Positions 18,927 through 29,332 of a stretch of 64,000 nucleotides of DNA are shown here, in pieces. The number at the start of each line of letters is the position of its first letter. Within the stretch, counting starts at the first letter, position 1. Made by a program: the position numbers and the translations under genes. The DNA comes from Candidatus Latescibacterota bacterium (lineage in GTDB: Bacteria > Latescibacterota > UBA2968): the NCBI GenBank assembly GCA_965204745.1, contig OZ242010.1, positions 5,418,116-5,482,115 on the forward strand, given 5' to 3'. The notes under the pieces were generated by a model. That model saw nothing but the letters and a program-made list of their open reading frames with translations, had not been told where the DNA came from and ran no database searches.

Positions 18927-20873
18927 TCATTCTATCGCAAAGTGAATGTCGTCTGCCCATGGATCGACTCGCGTGAGGCGGGCGGTTATGTGGTCGCCGG
19001 GGCGAAGGGGCGAGGGTGGGCGGGCGTCAACTTGCAGGGCCAAGGTGAGGATTTCGATTCGGGCGCGTTGTTCCCGAACATCCAAAACGAGTGCGTCGAA
19101 TGTCTGGCCTTTGTGTTGCGCGAGGTGGTGATAGACCCAGTAGCGTTCGCGGCGGCGTTCCAAGCGGCTGATCAGGCGCAACCGTTCTTCGATTTCGGGC
19201 CGCAACGCGGTCAGTGCATCAAACGAATAGGGCGGGGCCTCGTCGTTGAGAATCGCCACGAGTTGCCGCTGTGAGACCAGATCGACAAATCGCCGCAGGG
19301 GGGAAGTGACCTGGCAATAGGGTTCGACGCCCAATCCCCCGTGAAGGCCCGGCTCTAATGACATGGCCGCAGCGCGCATGCGCGTCAAGACCCGATAGCG
19401 GTGCAACAACTCGTTGTGCGTGGGTTCTAAATCGGAGAGGTCGGGCATGTCTTGGATGCGAAAAATCGCCGGGGCATTTTGATCGACACACAATTTTGCG
19501 GCTTCGACATTGGCCTTGACCATCAACTCGCTGACCAGCACATCGGCCCGGGAATCGCGCGGTTTGACCGCGATATCCACCCTGCCATCGGCCGAGACCT
19601 GCACGCGGCGGGTGACTTGATCCACGGCGATGGCACCTGCTTCTACGCGCTGGATCAAAAGCGATTCTGCCGCGTGGAACAGGGCGGACAACATCGCGTG
19701 CCGCGGATGCGTCTCATCGTCGAGAATCGCATCCACATCCTCGTAACTCAATTTCTCGCAACACCGGATCGCGGACAGTGCCCAAGTCGGCGTTGTCGCG
19801 ACGCCATCGCGCCCCACATCCCACAACAAACTGACGGTCAACCGAGTTTCACGCGGCAACAGACTGCCCAGATTTTCCGAGAGATCGGGCGGCAGCATGG
19901 GAAAAGTCGCCTCGGGCAAGTACAGACTGGCCCCGCGGCTTTGGGCGGCTTCATCCAAGGCGGACCGCACCGGGATCAGCGCGGCAACGTCGGTAATATG
20001 CACCCCCACTTGAACCCCGCCATCTTCCCGAAATTGAATGGACACCGCGTCATCCATGTCGGTCGTGGATGCGTGGTCGATAGTCACGGCGTCCAAAAAC
20101 GTGAGGTCTTCGCGGTTTTCAAAAAGCGATTCGAGTTGTAGCGCGCCCGCTTCTTTGAGCACCACATCGGGGAAATCGAGATCGAAGTCCTCGCGCATCA
20201 GCTCGACAAAGGCGTGCTCGTCCCACAGACCTTCGGCGACGACGCGCAGGTATGCCCGCCGCGCAGAAATGGATTCGCCGGCCATGCGTTCAAGCCAAGG
20301 CGCGTACCGGCTTCGTCCGCCGTACAGTGCCACGTCTTTTAACCGATCCATCCAGTCGGCATCCCCTTGCCCAGAACCGTTCAGCCACGCCAAAAACCGC
20401 TCGCGCTCGGCCTCTCGCGCTTTGGCGAGGGCGGCCATTTTCAGCCTGCGATCCACCTCTACCCGATTCGCAGCGTGAAACTTGCACCCCGCGGCATCAA
20501 AATAAACACTTGTTTCCAAAGCGATTAAAAATGCCGACATTTGTTCGGGCGCGGGCGCGTGGGCGCAATACAATTCGGCCAATTCGCGCAAGTGCCAACC
20601 CTCGTCTTCTCCTACGATGAGTTCCCACAGTTCGCGGAGATCCATAGCCGCGCTGGCCCTTTCTGCGCGCTTGAACCACGCCTTGCCGGCGGATTTGTCC
20701 CGTCCGACGCGCCCTGTTGGTTGCAGGATGTTGTCGAGAGGCACATTGAGGGATGTTTTCGCAGAGACCGCAAATCTGGCTCTGGTATGCGAAATGTTGA
20801 CACACACCCCCGCCAGCAACCGATTGCGGTAGCGAAACAAGACGATTTCGTTTTCTGTGGGTCGCGCATTCAT
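18927..20873 (-). CDS. RNB-domain exoribonuclease (RNase II/R family)
   Basis: TIDHASTTDMDDAVS, VHITDV, SLYLP, ELMVKAN, HGGLG..YCQVTSPLRRFVDL. Confidence 0.92.
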   Translation of the reverse strand: MNARPTENEIVLFRYRNRLLAGVCVNISHTRARFAVSAKTSLNVPLDNILQPTGRVGRDKSAGKAWFKRAERASAAMDLRELWELIVGEDEGWHLRELAELYCAHAPAPEQMSAFLIALETSVYFDAAGCKFHAANRVEVDRRLKMAALAKAREAERERFLAWLNGSGQGDADWMDRLKDVALYGGRSRYAPWLERMAGESISARRAYLRVVAEGLWDEHAFVELMREDFDLDFPDVVLKEAGALQLESLFENREDLTFLDAVTIDHASTTDMDDAVSIQFREDGGVQVGVHITDVAALIPVRSALDEAAQSRGASLYLPEATFPMLPPDLSENLGSLLPRETRLTVSLLWDVGRDGVATTPTWALSAIRCCEKLSYEDVDAILDDETHPRHAMLSALFHAAESLLIQRVEAGAIAVDQVTRRVQVSADGRVDIAVKPRDSRADVLVSELMVKANVEAAKLCVDQNAPAIFRIQDMPDLSDLEPTHNELLHRYRVLTRMRAAAMSLEPGLHGGLGVEPYCQVTSPLRRFVDLVSQRQLVAILNDEAPPYSFDALTALRPEIEERLRLISRLERRRERYWVYHHLAQHKGQTFDALVLDVREQRARIEILTLALQVDARPPSPLRPGDHITARLTRVDPWADDIHFAIE

Positions 20874-20936
20874 AAATACTCCACAAAACAAAACAGCAGA
20901 CGAATGCCATCCGCCTGCCGCCGTGTCGAGACACCT

Positions 20937-21374
20937 CTAAAGGGTGGCTAACAACGCCTCTGGATGCGTGCGGGCATTGACATTGGCGTGTACTTGTGCG
21001 ATCACGCCATCGGGTGCAATGACGTAGGTCATGCGTTTGGCCGCGCGGTCAGATGTCGATTGGCACGCGCCATAAGTTAGACAGATTTCGCGTTTTGTGT
21101 CGCACAACAACGGGTAGCCAAAATTCTGTGCGGTTGCGAACTTGGCATTGGCAACACTATCGTCTGTGCTCACGCCCAAGAGTTGCACATTCTTGGCCGC
21201 ATAGTCTTGGATTCGCGCCTGGAATCCCTGGCCTTCAGCCGTTCAGCCACCCGTGCTCGCCCTCGGATAAAACCAGAGCACGACGGTCTTGCCGCGATAA
21301 TCGCTGAGCCTCACCTCATTGCCTGCGTGATCTTTGACCAAAAAATCAGGCGCGACATCACCAACAGCGAGCAT
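20937..21374 (-). CDS. bcp: BCP/PrxQ peroxiredoxin with in-frame UGA at the peroxidatic Cys (probable selenoprotein)
   Basis: RBS GAGGAGG, ATG at 21374; MLAVGDVAPDF...WFYPRASTGG-UGA-TAEG continues in frame into the 20937-21188 ORF (LGVSTD, YPLLCD, RMTYVI). Confidence 0.88.
21209..21227 (-). promoter_or_regulatory. Putative bacterial SECIS hairpin
   Basis: GGAUUC-CAGGCGC-GAAUCC stem-loop starting about 15 nt 3' of the UGA (21245-21243). Confidence 0.55.
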
Positions 21375-21709
21375 AGTTCCTCCTCAAAAAAATGAACGTC
21401 TTTGCAAACGCAACCAATATAGGCAAATGGGGTATGGAAAACCAGAGGGAAATAAGCGGTTGGCGATCAGCCCTCCCCGCACCACCCGGCCAAATGCGAC
21501 TTGTTTTTTGACCGCTTGTTTCGCTAACCGCTGAAACAAGCCTTTACACCTGCTCTATTTTGTGTATCTTGGGATTGACACTGACCACTTGAGGATGAAC
21601 TGAGACTGACCAACCCTCTTACCTCTCCCGTCTCACGTCTCACCGAAGGGCGGTTGGGCGGGGCGGTGAGGCGGGATTCGTCTATTCGCACTTTTTCCGA
21701 GGATAACCC

Positions 21710-22780
21710 ATGTTAATCATCGACAGCCATTTGGACCTCGCCTTTTGCGCCATTCAGGTCAACCGCGACCTCACGCAACCCGCGGCAACCGTGCGGGTTC
21801 ACGATTCAGACGCGACCACGCGCAGTTTTGGGTCGTGTACGACCACGTTTCCCGAGTTGCACAAAGGCCATGTGGGGATTGTGTTTGGCACGGTGATGTC
21901 GCGCATCGACCAAAAGGACCGCTGGACGCGCACGGGCATGTGGGATCAGACGCAGTGTTATGGCATTGGAATGGGGCATCTCGCGTTTTATCGGGCGATG
22001 GAACGGCGCGGGGTCATTCGGCAGATTCACACGGTTGCGGATTTGGACGCTTGTATCGCGGCGTGGGCACATCCCGCGGCAGATACGCCCATCGGCTTGG
22101 TGCTGGCGATGGAAAGCGCGGATCCGATTCTCGATCCGGATTGCGTCTCCGAATGGCGCGATTTGGGCTTGCGAATGGTGAGCCTGTCGCATTATGGCGT
22201 GAGTTCCTATTGCCACGGCACCGGCACCGAAGGCGGGTTGCTGGACAGGGGCAAGCCCTTGCTCGACGCGCTCAAAGCCGCGGGCATCATCGTGGATTTG
22301 ACCCATACGACTGATCAAGCATTTTGGGAAATCCTCGATTATTACGACGGCCCGGTCGCGGCGAGTCACCACAACTGCCGCGCACTCACGCCCGGTCAGC
22401 GGCAGTTGACAGATGAGATGATCGAGGCGATAATCGCACGCGGTGGGGTCATCGGCGCGGCATTCGATGCGTGGATGCTCGATCCGCACTGGCAACGCGA
22501 CATCCCCTGTTATGAACAAAGCACGCAGGCCACGCTCGAGACCGTGGTCGATCACATCGATCACGTCTGCCAACTCGCGGGCAATGCCAACCACGCGGGC
22601 ATCGGCAGCGATCTCGATGGCGGATTCGGGCAAGAACAATCCCCACGCGATCTCAATACCATCGCGGACCTGCAAAACCTGTTGCCCATCTTTGACCGAC
22701 GCGGATACGCCCAAGCCGATGTAGAACGGGTCATGTCCGGGAACTGGGTGCGGTTGTTGAAATCGGTTTGGGAGAGGTGA
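21710..22780 (+). CDS. Membrane dipeptidase (peptidase M19)
   Basis: IIDSHLD, LAMESAD, VDLTH, ASHHNCR, DHIDHV, IGSDLDGG. Confidence 0.92.
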   Translation: MLIIDSHLDLAFCAIQVNRDLTQPAATVRVHDSDATTRSFGSCTTTFPELHKGHVGIVFGTVMSRIDQKDRWTRTGMWDQTQCYGIGMGHLAFYRAMERRGVIRQIHTVADLDACIAAWAHPAADTPIGLVLAMESADPILDPDCVSEWRDLGLRMVSLSHYGVSSYCHGTGTEGGLLDRGKPLLDALKAAGIIVDLTHTTDQAFWEILDYYDGPVAASHHNCRALTPGQRQLTDEMIEAIIARGGVIGAAFDAWMLDPHWQRDIPCYEQSTQATLETVVDHIDHVCQLAGNANHAGIGSDLDGGFGQEQSPRDLNTIADLQNLLPIFDRRGYAQADVERVMSGNWVRLLKSVWER

Positions 22781-22861
22781 ACTGGTAACCACGGATGAAA
22801 GGCGAGGGTCGAGGCATGGCCCCCTGCTCGCCCAAAGAGGCGAGAGAAAGGAGATTTTGCA

Positions 22862-23143
22862 ATGCGCTTCATTCAGATAAGAGATCTGCGCCCATCCGAG
22901 GTTTGGGAGCAGTTGGCTGATGAGCGAGAAATGGTGATTACGGCTCGGGGAAAGCCCGTCGCTATTTTGTCCTCTGTTTCCGATGCGAATTGGGCAGAGA
23001 CCCTGGCGGCTGTTCGCCGCGTGCGTGCGATTCAAGCGGTTGATGAACTCCAAACGCAATCGGTTGTAAATGGTCTCGATGAGATGAGCGCAAAAAAAAT
23101 AGACCGCGAAATCCAAGCCGTGCGAAAACGGACTGACCACTGA
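22862..23143 (+). CDS. Phd/YefM-type antitoxin (orphan)
   Basis: MRFIQIRDLR...EMVITARGKPVAIL; RBS AAGGAG. Confidence 0.85.
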   Translation: MRFIQIRDLRPSEVWEQLADEREMVITARGKPVAILSSVSDANWAETLAAVRRVRAIQAVDELQTQSVVNGLDEMSAKKIDREIQAVRKRTDH

Positions 23144-23161
23144 CCACTGAAGGAGACAAAC

Positions 23162-24625
23162 ATGTCAGAGCGTCCGAATTTGTTGTTGATCACAACGGAT
23201 CAACAGCGCGGGGATTGTTTGGGATGCGACGGGCATCCGGTATTGGAGACGCCGTATCTCGACGAATTGGCCGAACAGGGGGCGCGTTTTCCCCATGCCT
23301 ATACGTCTGTGCCGTCGTGTACGCCTGCGCGAGCCGGGATTTTGACCGGCATGGATCAGTGGCACCACGGGCGGTTGACCATGACCGGGGCCGATCCATT
23401 GGAATATCCGGCGACCTTGCCTGGGGAACTCGCAAAGGCCGGGTATCACACGCAGGCCGTGGGCAAGATGCACCACGCGCCGCAGCGCAGGTTGTACGGG
23501 TTCCACCACATGGTGTTGGATGAAAGCGGGCGGCGCATGGGCGATTTCATCAGCGATTACCACCTCTTTTTTGAGCAACACAAACAGGGCGCGTACGGGT
23601 ACCGCGACCACAGCGTGGATTGGAATTCGTGGATGGCGCGGCCGAGTCACTTGCCCGAGCATCTGCACCCCACGCATTGGACCGCGAGCGAGGGGATCAA
23701 GTTTTTGCAACAACGCGACCCGACCAAGCCGTTCTTCATGTGGCTCTCGTTTGCGCGGCCGCATTCGCCCTACGACGCGCCCCAAGCGTATTGGGATATG
23801 TACATCCACAACGAGGACATCCCCAAAGCCGCAATCGGGGACTGGGCCGCGGAATTTGACCACGAGATCGCGGATGTCAACGCGCCGCGCACGCATCGCA
23901 CAGACGCGGAAACGCATCGCGCACGCGCGGGATACTACGGCAACATCACGTTTATCGATCACCAAATCGGGCGCGTGCTCTACGAGTTGCGTCGGCACGA
24001 CCCGAACACCTATCGCAATACCCTGATCATCTTCACCTCTGACCACGGCGATATGATGGGCGACCACCACCATTGGCGAAAGACCTACGCCTATGAGGGG
24101 TCGGCGCGCATTCCGTTTATCGTCAAATATCCGGATGCGTGGCGCGATGTGGCGCGGGGTGTGGCGTACGACCATCCCATAGAGTTGCGCGACGTCATGC
24201 CCACCATGCTCCACGCGGCCGGGGTGGATATACCCGCGTCTGTGGATGGACAGTCCCTGTTGGACATTGCACGCGGTCAGGCCGATAGCTGGCGCGAGTT
24301 TGTGCAGGGCGAGCATACGACGTGTTATACCCGAGAACACGGCATGCAATACGTCACGGACGGGCATGAAAAGTACATCTATTTTCACCACACCGGGGAA
24401 GAACAGTTTTTCAACTTGGATGACGATCCCCTAGAATGCTGCGAGTTGTCCAAAGACCCGGCCTGTGCGGACCGCGTGGCCCTGTGGCGCGGGCGATTGG
24501 CAGAGATAAATGAAAATCGCGGGGACCCACGCGGGCAAAATGGCGAACTCGTGCCGCAGGTGGATGGCGCGTTATCCCTGTCGCCGAATTATTACAAGTG
24601 GAAAGAAAGATGCGGTGAGACGTGA
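23162..24625 (+). CDS. Arylsulfatase
   Basis: RPNLLLITTDQ, CTPARAG, GKMH, PHSP, SDHGDM. Confidence 0.93.
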   Translation: MSERPNLLLITTDQQRGDCLGCDGHPVLETPYLDELAEQGARFPHAYTSVPSCTPARAGILTGMDQWHHGRLTMTGADPLEYPATLPGELAKAGYHTQAVGKMHHAPQRRLYGFHHMVLDESGRRMGDFISDYHLFFEQHKQGAYGYRDHSVDWNSWMARPSHLPEHLHPTHWTASEGIKFLQQRDPTKPFFMWLSFARPHSPYDAPQAYWDMYIHNEDIPKAAIGDWAAEFDHEIADVNAPRTHRTDAETHRARAGYYGNITFIDHQIGRVLYELRRHDPNTYRNTLIIFTSDHGDMMGDHHHWRKTYAYEGSARIPFIVKYPDAWRDVARGVAYDHPIELRDVMPTMLHAAGVDIPASVDGQSLLDIARGQADSWREFVQGEHTTCYTREHGMQYVTDGHEKYIYFHHTGEEQFFNLDDDPLECCELSKDPACADRVALWRGRLAEINENRGDPRGQNGELVPQVDGALSLSPNYYKWKERCGET

Positions 24626-24789
24626 GACGTAAGAGGGGAGACGGGAGAGGTAAGAGGCAAGAGGGGAGACGCAAACCGTAAGACGCGAGAGACCGGCCAT
24701 GTAGGGACGAGCCCCCGTGCCTGTCCGTGTAGCTGATCTCGAGACAATCCCCCATACAGGTGATCGCTGATCCAAGATGCGAGGATGCT

Positions 24790-25287
24790 ATGGCGCGAAA
24801 ATACTGGCTCGTCAAGTGCGAGTACGACGTGTGTTCTTTTGAAACACTGAGCAACCGGCCCGGGGGCAGGGGGTATTGGCGCGGGGTACGCAATTATCAG
24901 GCGCGCAATTTTATCCGCGACGACATGCAAAAAGGGGATTGGGCACTGTTCTACCAGTCGAATTGCAAAGACCCCGGCATTGCGGGCCTCGTGGAAATCG
25001 TGCGTGCGGGGTACCCCGATCCCTCGCAATTTGACGCCGATGACCCGTACTACGACCCGAAAGCCACAACGGACGACCCGCGCTGGTTTTCCTTTGACGT
25101 GCAATGGTCAACGGCGTTTGAGCCTTATGTGAGCCTGAAAGACCTCAAGAACAATCCCAAACTCGGGGATATGAAAGTGGTGCAACGCGGGCAACGCTTG
25201 TCCATCCAACCCGTGACAAAACGAGAGTTCGACATCGTCTGCGAAATGGGCGGACTGACTCCTCCCCGCCCAACCGCCCTTCGGTAA
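24790..25287 (+). CDS. EVE domain protein
   Basis: YWLVKCE, WRGVRNYQARNF, FYQS, YYDPK, RLSIQPV. Confidence 0.92.
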   Translation: MARKYWLVKCEYDVCSFETLSNRPGGRGYWRGVRNYQARNFIRDDMQKGDWALFYQSNCKDPGIAGLVEIVRAGYPDPSQFDADDPYYDPKATTDDPRWFSFDVQWSTAFEPYVSLKDLKNNPKLGDMKVVQRGQRLSIQPVTKREFDIVCEMGGLTPPRPTALR

Positions 25288-25475
25288 GACGGAAGACGGA
25301 AGATGGAAGTTTAGCCACAAAAGGCACAAAAGGTGAGCAGTGTGTAGGGGCGATGACCTCGTGCTCGCCCAAAGATACAAAGACGGTGGGCCTTCTCACC
25401 TCTCCCCTCTGCCCTCTTACGTCTGCGGCCGGGCGGGGCGGACTGACAACCGACAACCGACAACTGACAACTCCC

Positions 25476-26636
25476 ATGACCAAAACCATCATCATGCCCA
25501 AATACGGGCTTCAGCAAGACGAAGGCACGGTTGTTGAATGGCGCGTCAAAGAGGGCGACCACGTCAACAAGGGCGATGTGTTGCTCGACTTGGAAACGGA
25601 CAAAGCCCTGTTTGAATACGAATCGCCCGAAACCGGGTATGTCCGCAAACTCGTGGCGCGAGATGGCGACGTGGTGCCCGTGCTCTCGGTGATCGCGCTG
25701 ATTACCGATGAAGCCGACGAAGCCATCGAGCACACCGAGACGACAGAACAGGGCGCGAGCGAAGCGGCGGAAACAACCGCTGTGAGCCGAGAACCCGAAC
25801 CTGCGCGACGAGCTCCCGATCAGCGCGTCAAGCGGTCGCCTGCTGCACGGCGGCGCGCCCGCGAGCTCGAGATGGACCTCGCCACTATCGCGGGCACGGG
25901 GCCGGGCGGGCGCATCGTATTGGCCGATGTTGAACGCGCAGCCTCTGCCGCGCCGAGTTCGACCGTGCTTTCGCGCATGCGGCAGGCCATTGGCAAAACC
26001 ATGGCGTACAGCAAAAGCACCATCCCGCACTTTTATGTCGCTGCGGAAATCGACCTGACAGATGCGGAAGTCTGGCGAAAAAACCTCGCGGAGACAGATG
26101 GCATCGCGCTCTCGGTGACGGACCTCTTTGTCAAAGCCGCAGCCGATGCCCTCGCCCAATACCCGGCCCTGAATGCCAGTCTGGATGGCGAAACCGCAGT
26201 CATCCTGCACGACGCGGTCAACATCGGCCTCGCCGTTGGCACAGACGACGGCCTTGTGGTGCCGGTCATTCCAAACGCGGACAAGGCATTTTTGACCGAC
26301 TTGGCAGACGAGCGCGGTCAGCGCGTTGCCGAAGCCCGGCAGGGCAAATTGCGCGGCGACGCCCGTGCCACGTTCACCATCTCGAACCTGGGGATGTACG
26401 GGGTCACGTCGTTCACCGCCATTGTCAACCCGCCCGAAGCCGCGATTTTAGCTATCGGCGCGGCCATTCCCCGCGTTGTGCCCATCGGCGACGGCCTGAC
26501 CATTGGCATCCGCCGAATTGCCGAAGTCACTCTGTCTGCGGATCACCGCCTCGTGGATGGCGTGGTCGCAGCGCAATTCCTCCAAGCCCTCAAACGCAAT
26601 TTGGAAGATACCGACCAATTGGAGCGGTGGTTGTGA
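25476..26636 (+). CDS. Dihydrolipoamide acyltransferase E2 of a 2-oxoacid/acetoin dehydrogenase
   Basis: Lipoyl motif ETDKA, peripheral subunit-binding SPAARR...GTGPGGRI, TFTISNLG, DHRLVDG. Confidence 0.93.
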   Translation: MTKTIIMPKYGLQQDEGTVVEWRVKEGDHVNKGDVLLDLETDKALFEYESPETGYVRKLVARDGDVVPVLSVIALITDEADEAIEHTETTEQGASEAAETTAVSREPEPARRAPDQRVKRSPAARRRARELEMDLATIAGTGPGGRIVLADVERAASAAPSSTVLSRMRQAIGKTMAYSKSTIPHFYVAAEIDLTDAEVWRKNLAETDGIALSVTDLFVKAAADALAQYPALNASLDGETAVILHDAVNIGLAVGTDDGLVVPVIPNADKAFLTDLADERGQRVAEARQGKLRGDARATFTISNLGMYGVTSFTAIVNPPEAAILAIGAAIPRVVPIGDGLTIGIRRIAEVTLSADHRLVDGVVAAQFLQALKRNLEDTDQLERWL

Positions 26637-26920
26637 AATGCGGTAAGAGGTGAGACGGGAGAGGTGAGACGGGAGAGGTGAGACGGCCATCGCGCTATCC
26701 CGATCAAGTAGTCAGTAGTCAGTTGTCAGTCTCCGCCTCCGCCCTACCGCCATTCGTCATACGGACTAATAGTAGCACATGCTTTGACGAAAGCAGTCTC
26801 CGTGATCGCCTAAAGATACGAAGGGCCACCGGCCATTCTCCCAAAGCGATGTGTGGGCTAATCGCTCGTTTTGCTGACCGCTGATCGTTGATCGCTTAAA
26901 GCTCTCACCGAGGAGTTTCG

Positions 26921-27883
26921 ATGTCTCTATCCCCTGAAATTTTGATCAAAATGTACCGCACAATGCTCCGCATCCGCAGGTTTGAGGAGCAAATCTGGGA
27001 GGTCTATACCAGCGGCCTCATGCACGGATTGGCGCATCTCTACATCGGCGAGGAAGCCGTTGCCGTGGGGGTTTGCGCGGCCCTGCGCGATGACGATTTC
27101 ATCACCAGCACGCACCGCGGGCACGGGCATTGCGTTGCCAAAGGCGGGAATCTCGAAGCGATGATGGCCGAAGTGATGGGCCGGGTCACGGGGCATTGCC
27201 GGGGCAAGGGCGGGTCTATGCACATCGCGGACATGTCCGTTGGTATCCTCGGCGCGAACGGCATTGTCGGCGGGGGATTTGGCATTGCCACGGGCGCGGG
27301 TCTGTCTGCAAAACAGCGCGGCACAGACCAGGTGGCGGTCTGCTTTTTTGGCGACGGCGCGTCCAATCAGGGCATTTTTTTTGAGGTGATGAACTTCGCC
27401 GCGATCTGGAAACTCCCGGTCATCTACGTCTGCGAAAACAACCACTACGGGGAATACACGCCCACCGAAAGCGTCACCGCCGGACCGCGCATTGCGGACC
27501 GCGCCCTGCCCTTTGGCATTCCGAGCGCGACGGTGGATGGCAGCGACGCCATCGCCGTGTATCGGGCCACAGCCGAAGCGGTCGCGCGCGCGAGACAGGG
27601 CGAAGGGGCCACCCTCATCGAGTGCGACACGTATCGCTATCGCGGCCACCATGTGGGCGATCCGGGGGAAGGCTATCGGCCAAAAGAGGAAATTGAAGCG
27701 TGGATGGCAAAAGACCCCATCGAGCGGTTGCGGAAGAAAATCGTCGGGGACGATCTCGCGTCTGAAGCCGAACTCGACGCGGAAGTGCGCGAAGTGGAAC
27801 GGGAAATGGAAAACGCTTTGGAGGCGGCCAAAGCCGCGCCCTATCCCGAGGTTGCGGAGGTGAACCAGCATGTCTATGCGTGA
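26921..27883 (+). CDS. TPP-dependent dehydrogenase E1 alpha (AcoA/PdhA-like)
   Basis: HLYIGEEA, HRGHGH, GKGGSMH, FGDGA...ENN, TYRYRGH. Confidence 0.93.
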   Translation: MSLSPEILIKMYRTMLRIRRFEEQIWEVYTSGLMHGLAHLYIGEEAVAVGVCAALRDDDFITSTHRGHGHCVAKGGNLEAMMAEVMGRVTGHCRGKGGSMHIADMSVGILGANGIVGGGFGIATGAGLSAKQRGTDQVAVCFFGDGASNQGIFFEVMNFAAIWKLPVIYVCENNHYGEYTPTESVTAGPRIADRALPFGIPSATVDGSDAIAVYRATAEAVARARQGEGATLIECDTYRYRGHHVGDPGEGYRPKEEIEAWMAKDPIERLRKKIVGDDLASEAELDAEVREVEREMENALEAAKAAPYPEVAEVNQHVYA

Positions 27884-28859
27884 ACTGAATTATGGCGAAG
27901 CGGTCAAAGAAGCCATTGCCGAGGAAATGCGGCGCGATCCCACGGTGTTTCTGATGGGCGAAGACGTGGGCAGAGCGGGCACGGTGTTCAAAGTGCTTTC
28001 CGGGTTGCACGATGAATTTGGCGACGACCGGGTGATGGACACGCCCATTGCCGAAGCGGGTTTGGTGGGCTTGGGCGTTGGCGCGGCACTGACCGGGTCG
28101 CGGCCCATTGTGGATATCATGTTCGGCGATTTCATCACCTTGGCGATGGATCAAATCGTCAACCAAGCCGCCAAATTGCGCTATATGTCCGGAGGGCAGG
28201 CCCGCGTGCCCCTCACCATCCGCTCCACGATGGGCGCGGGGCGATCCTCTGCGGCGCAACATTCGCAGAGTTTGCACGCCTGGCTCGCGCACATTCCCGG
28301 GCTCAAAATCGCCATCCCATCCACGCCCGCAGACGCCAAGGGCCTCTTCAAATCCGCTGTGCGAGACGACAACCCAGTGGTCATCTACGAAGACAAAATG
28401 ATGTACGCGCTCAAGGGCATGGTGCCCACGCAAGACGATTATACCATTCCGTTTGGACAGGCGGACATCAAGCGCGAAGGGGACGACGTAACCCTGATCG
28501 CCACGTCGAGCATGGTTCACGTCGCATTAGAAGCTGCCGCCGAACTCGCGGAACAGGGCATCAGCGCAGAGGTCGTGGATCCGCGCACCCTCGTCCCCTT
28601 AGACAGCGAAACCCTCATCAACTCCGTGGTCAAAACCACCCGTGCGGTCATCATCGACGAAGGCCACAAGAGTTTTGGCATCACCGGAGAACTCGCCTCT
28701 ATGGTCTATCGCGGCGCGTTCGACTACATAGACGCGCCCATCGCCCGCCTCGGTGCGATGGACGTGCCCGTTCCCTTCAGCAAACCCCTCGAAGACGCCA
28801 CCATCCCCACAGCAACAGATGTAATCAACGCGGTGCGGGAGATGGGGATAAGCTCTTGA
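27876..28859 (+). CDS. TPP-dependent dehydrogenase E1 beta (AcoB/PdhB-like)
   Basis: MGEDV, DTPIAE, IMFGDF, AQHSQS, EVVDPRTLVPLD. Confidence 0.93.
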   Translation: MRELNYGEAVKEAIAEEMRRDPTVFLMGEDVGRAGTVFKVLSGLHDEFGDDRVMDTPIAEAGLVGLGVGAALTGSRPIVDIMFGDFITLAMDQIVNQAAKLRYMSGGQARVPLTIRSTMGAGRSSAAQHSQSLHAWLAHIPGLKIAIPSTPADAKGLFKSAVRDDNPVVIYEDKMMYALKGMVPTQDDYTIPFGQADIKREGDDVTLIATSSMVHVALEAAAELAEQGISAEVVDPRTLVPLDSETLINSVVKTTRAVIIDEGHKSFGITGELASMVYRGAFDYIDAPIARLGAMDVPVPFSKPLEDATIPTATDVINAVREMGISS

Positions 28860-28904
28860 AAGAAATCCTAGGTCGTAATGTGTTGCTTGATGGCTTATAG
28901 CTAA

Positions 28905-29175
28905 GGGACCTATCCCCCGGCCCCTTTCCTGCGAGGAAAGGGGAGTAAAGTTCCTTTGATGGCTTAGGTTGCTCTGATGGCGTTGTGCGAGGGGACCTAT
29001 CCCCCGGCCCCTTTCCTGCGAGGAAAGGGGAGTAGAGTTCCTTTGATGGCTTAGGTTGCTCTGATGGCGTTGACCGAGGGCATAAAGCGATTAAAAATCC
29101 CTCATCGATACCCTCGCAAAACCGCTCACAGTTCCCCCCTTCCTCGCAGGAAGGGGGGTTAGGGGGGTAGGTCCC
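28905..29175. repeat. Family D hairpin-ended element with an 87-bp internal tandem duplication
   Basis: GGGACCTATCCCCC ... GGGGGTAGGTCCC ends; CCCCTTTCCT-GCG-AGGAAAGGGG hairpins; related copies at 49921-50236 and 62888-63088. Confidence 0.85.
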
Positions 29176-29227
29176 GATAAGGAGCGATTCTTCTGTCAAC
29201 ACAACCTACTGACTACTGCCCCTCTCA

Positions 29228-29256
29228 TTGACTTTTCTATCCTGACGCGCTATATT
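29228..29256 (+). promoter_or_regulatory. Sigma70-type promoter
   Basis: TTGACT-17 nt-TATATT upstream of the ADH gene. Confidence 0.6.
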
Positions 29257-29332
29257 ACGCGGTCTTGCGAAGTGGGAAGCTGAAAGGATCACGGGGGATG
29301 GCGTAGCAAAGGCTCTAGACTGGGAGCGGAAT

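Noticed and set aside
20937-21188. 83-aa stand-alone ORF or peroxiredoxin pseudogene
   Set aside because: Better explained as the C-terminal part of the UGA-readthrough peroxiredoxin starting at 21374.
25476-28859. E2-E1a-E1b cluster lacking E3 as a novel complex
   Set aside because: E3 is often encoded elsewhere and gene order varies; ordinary.
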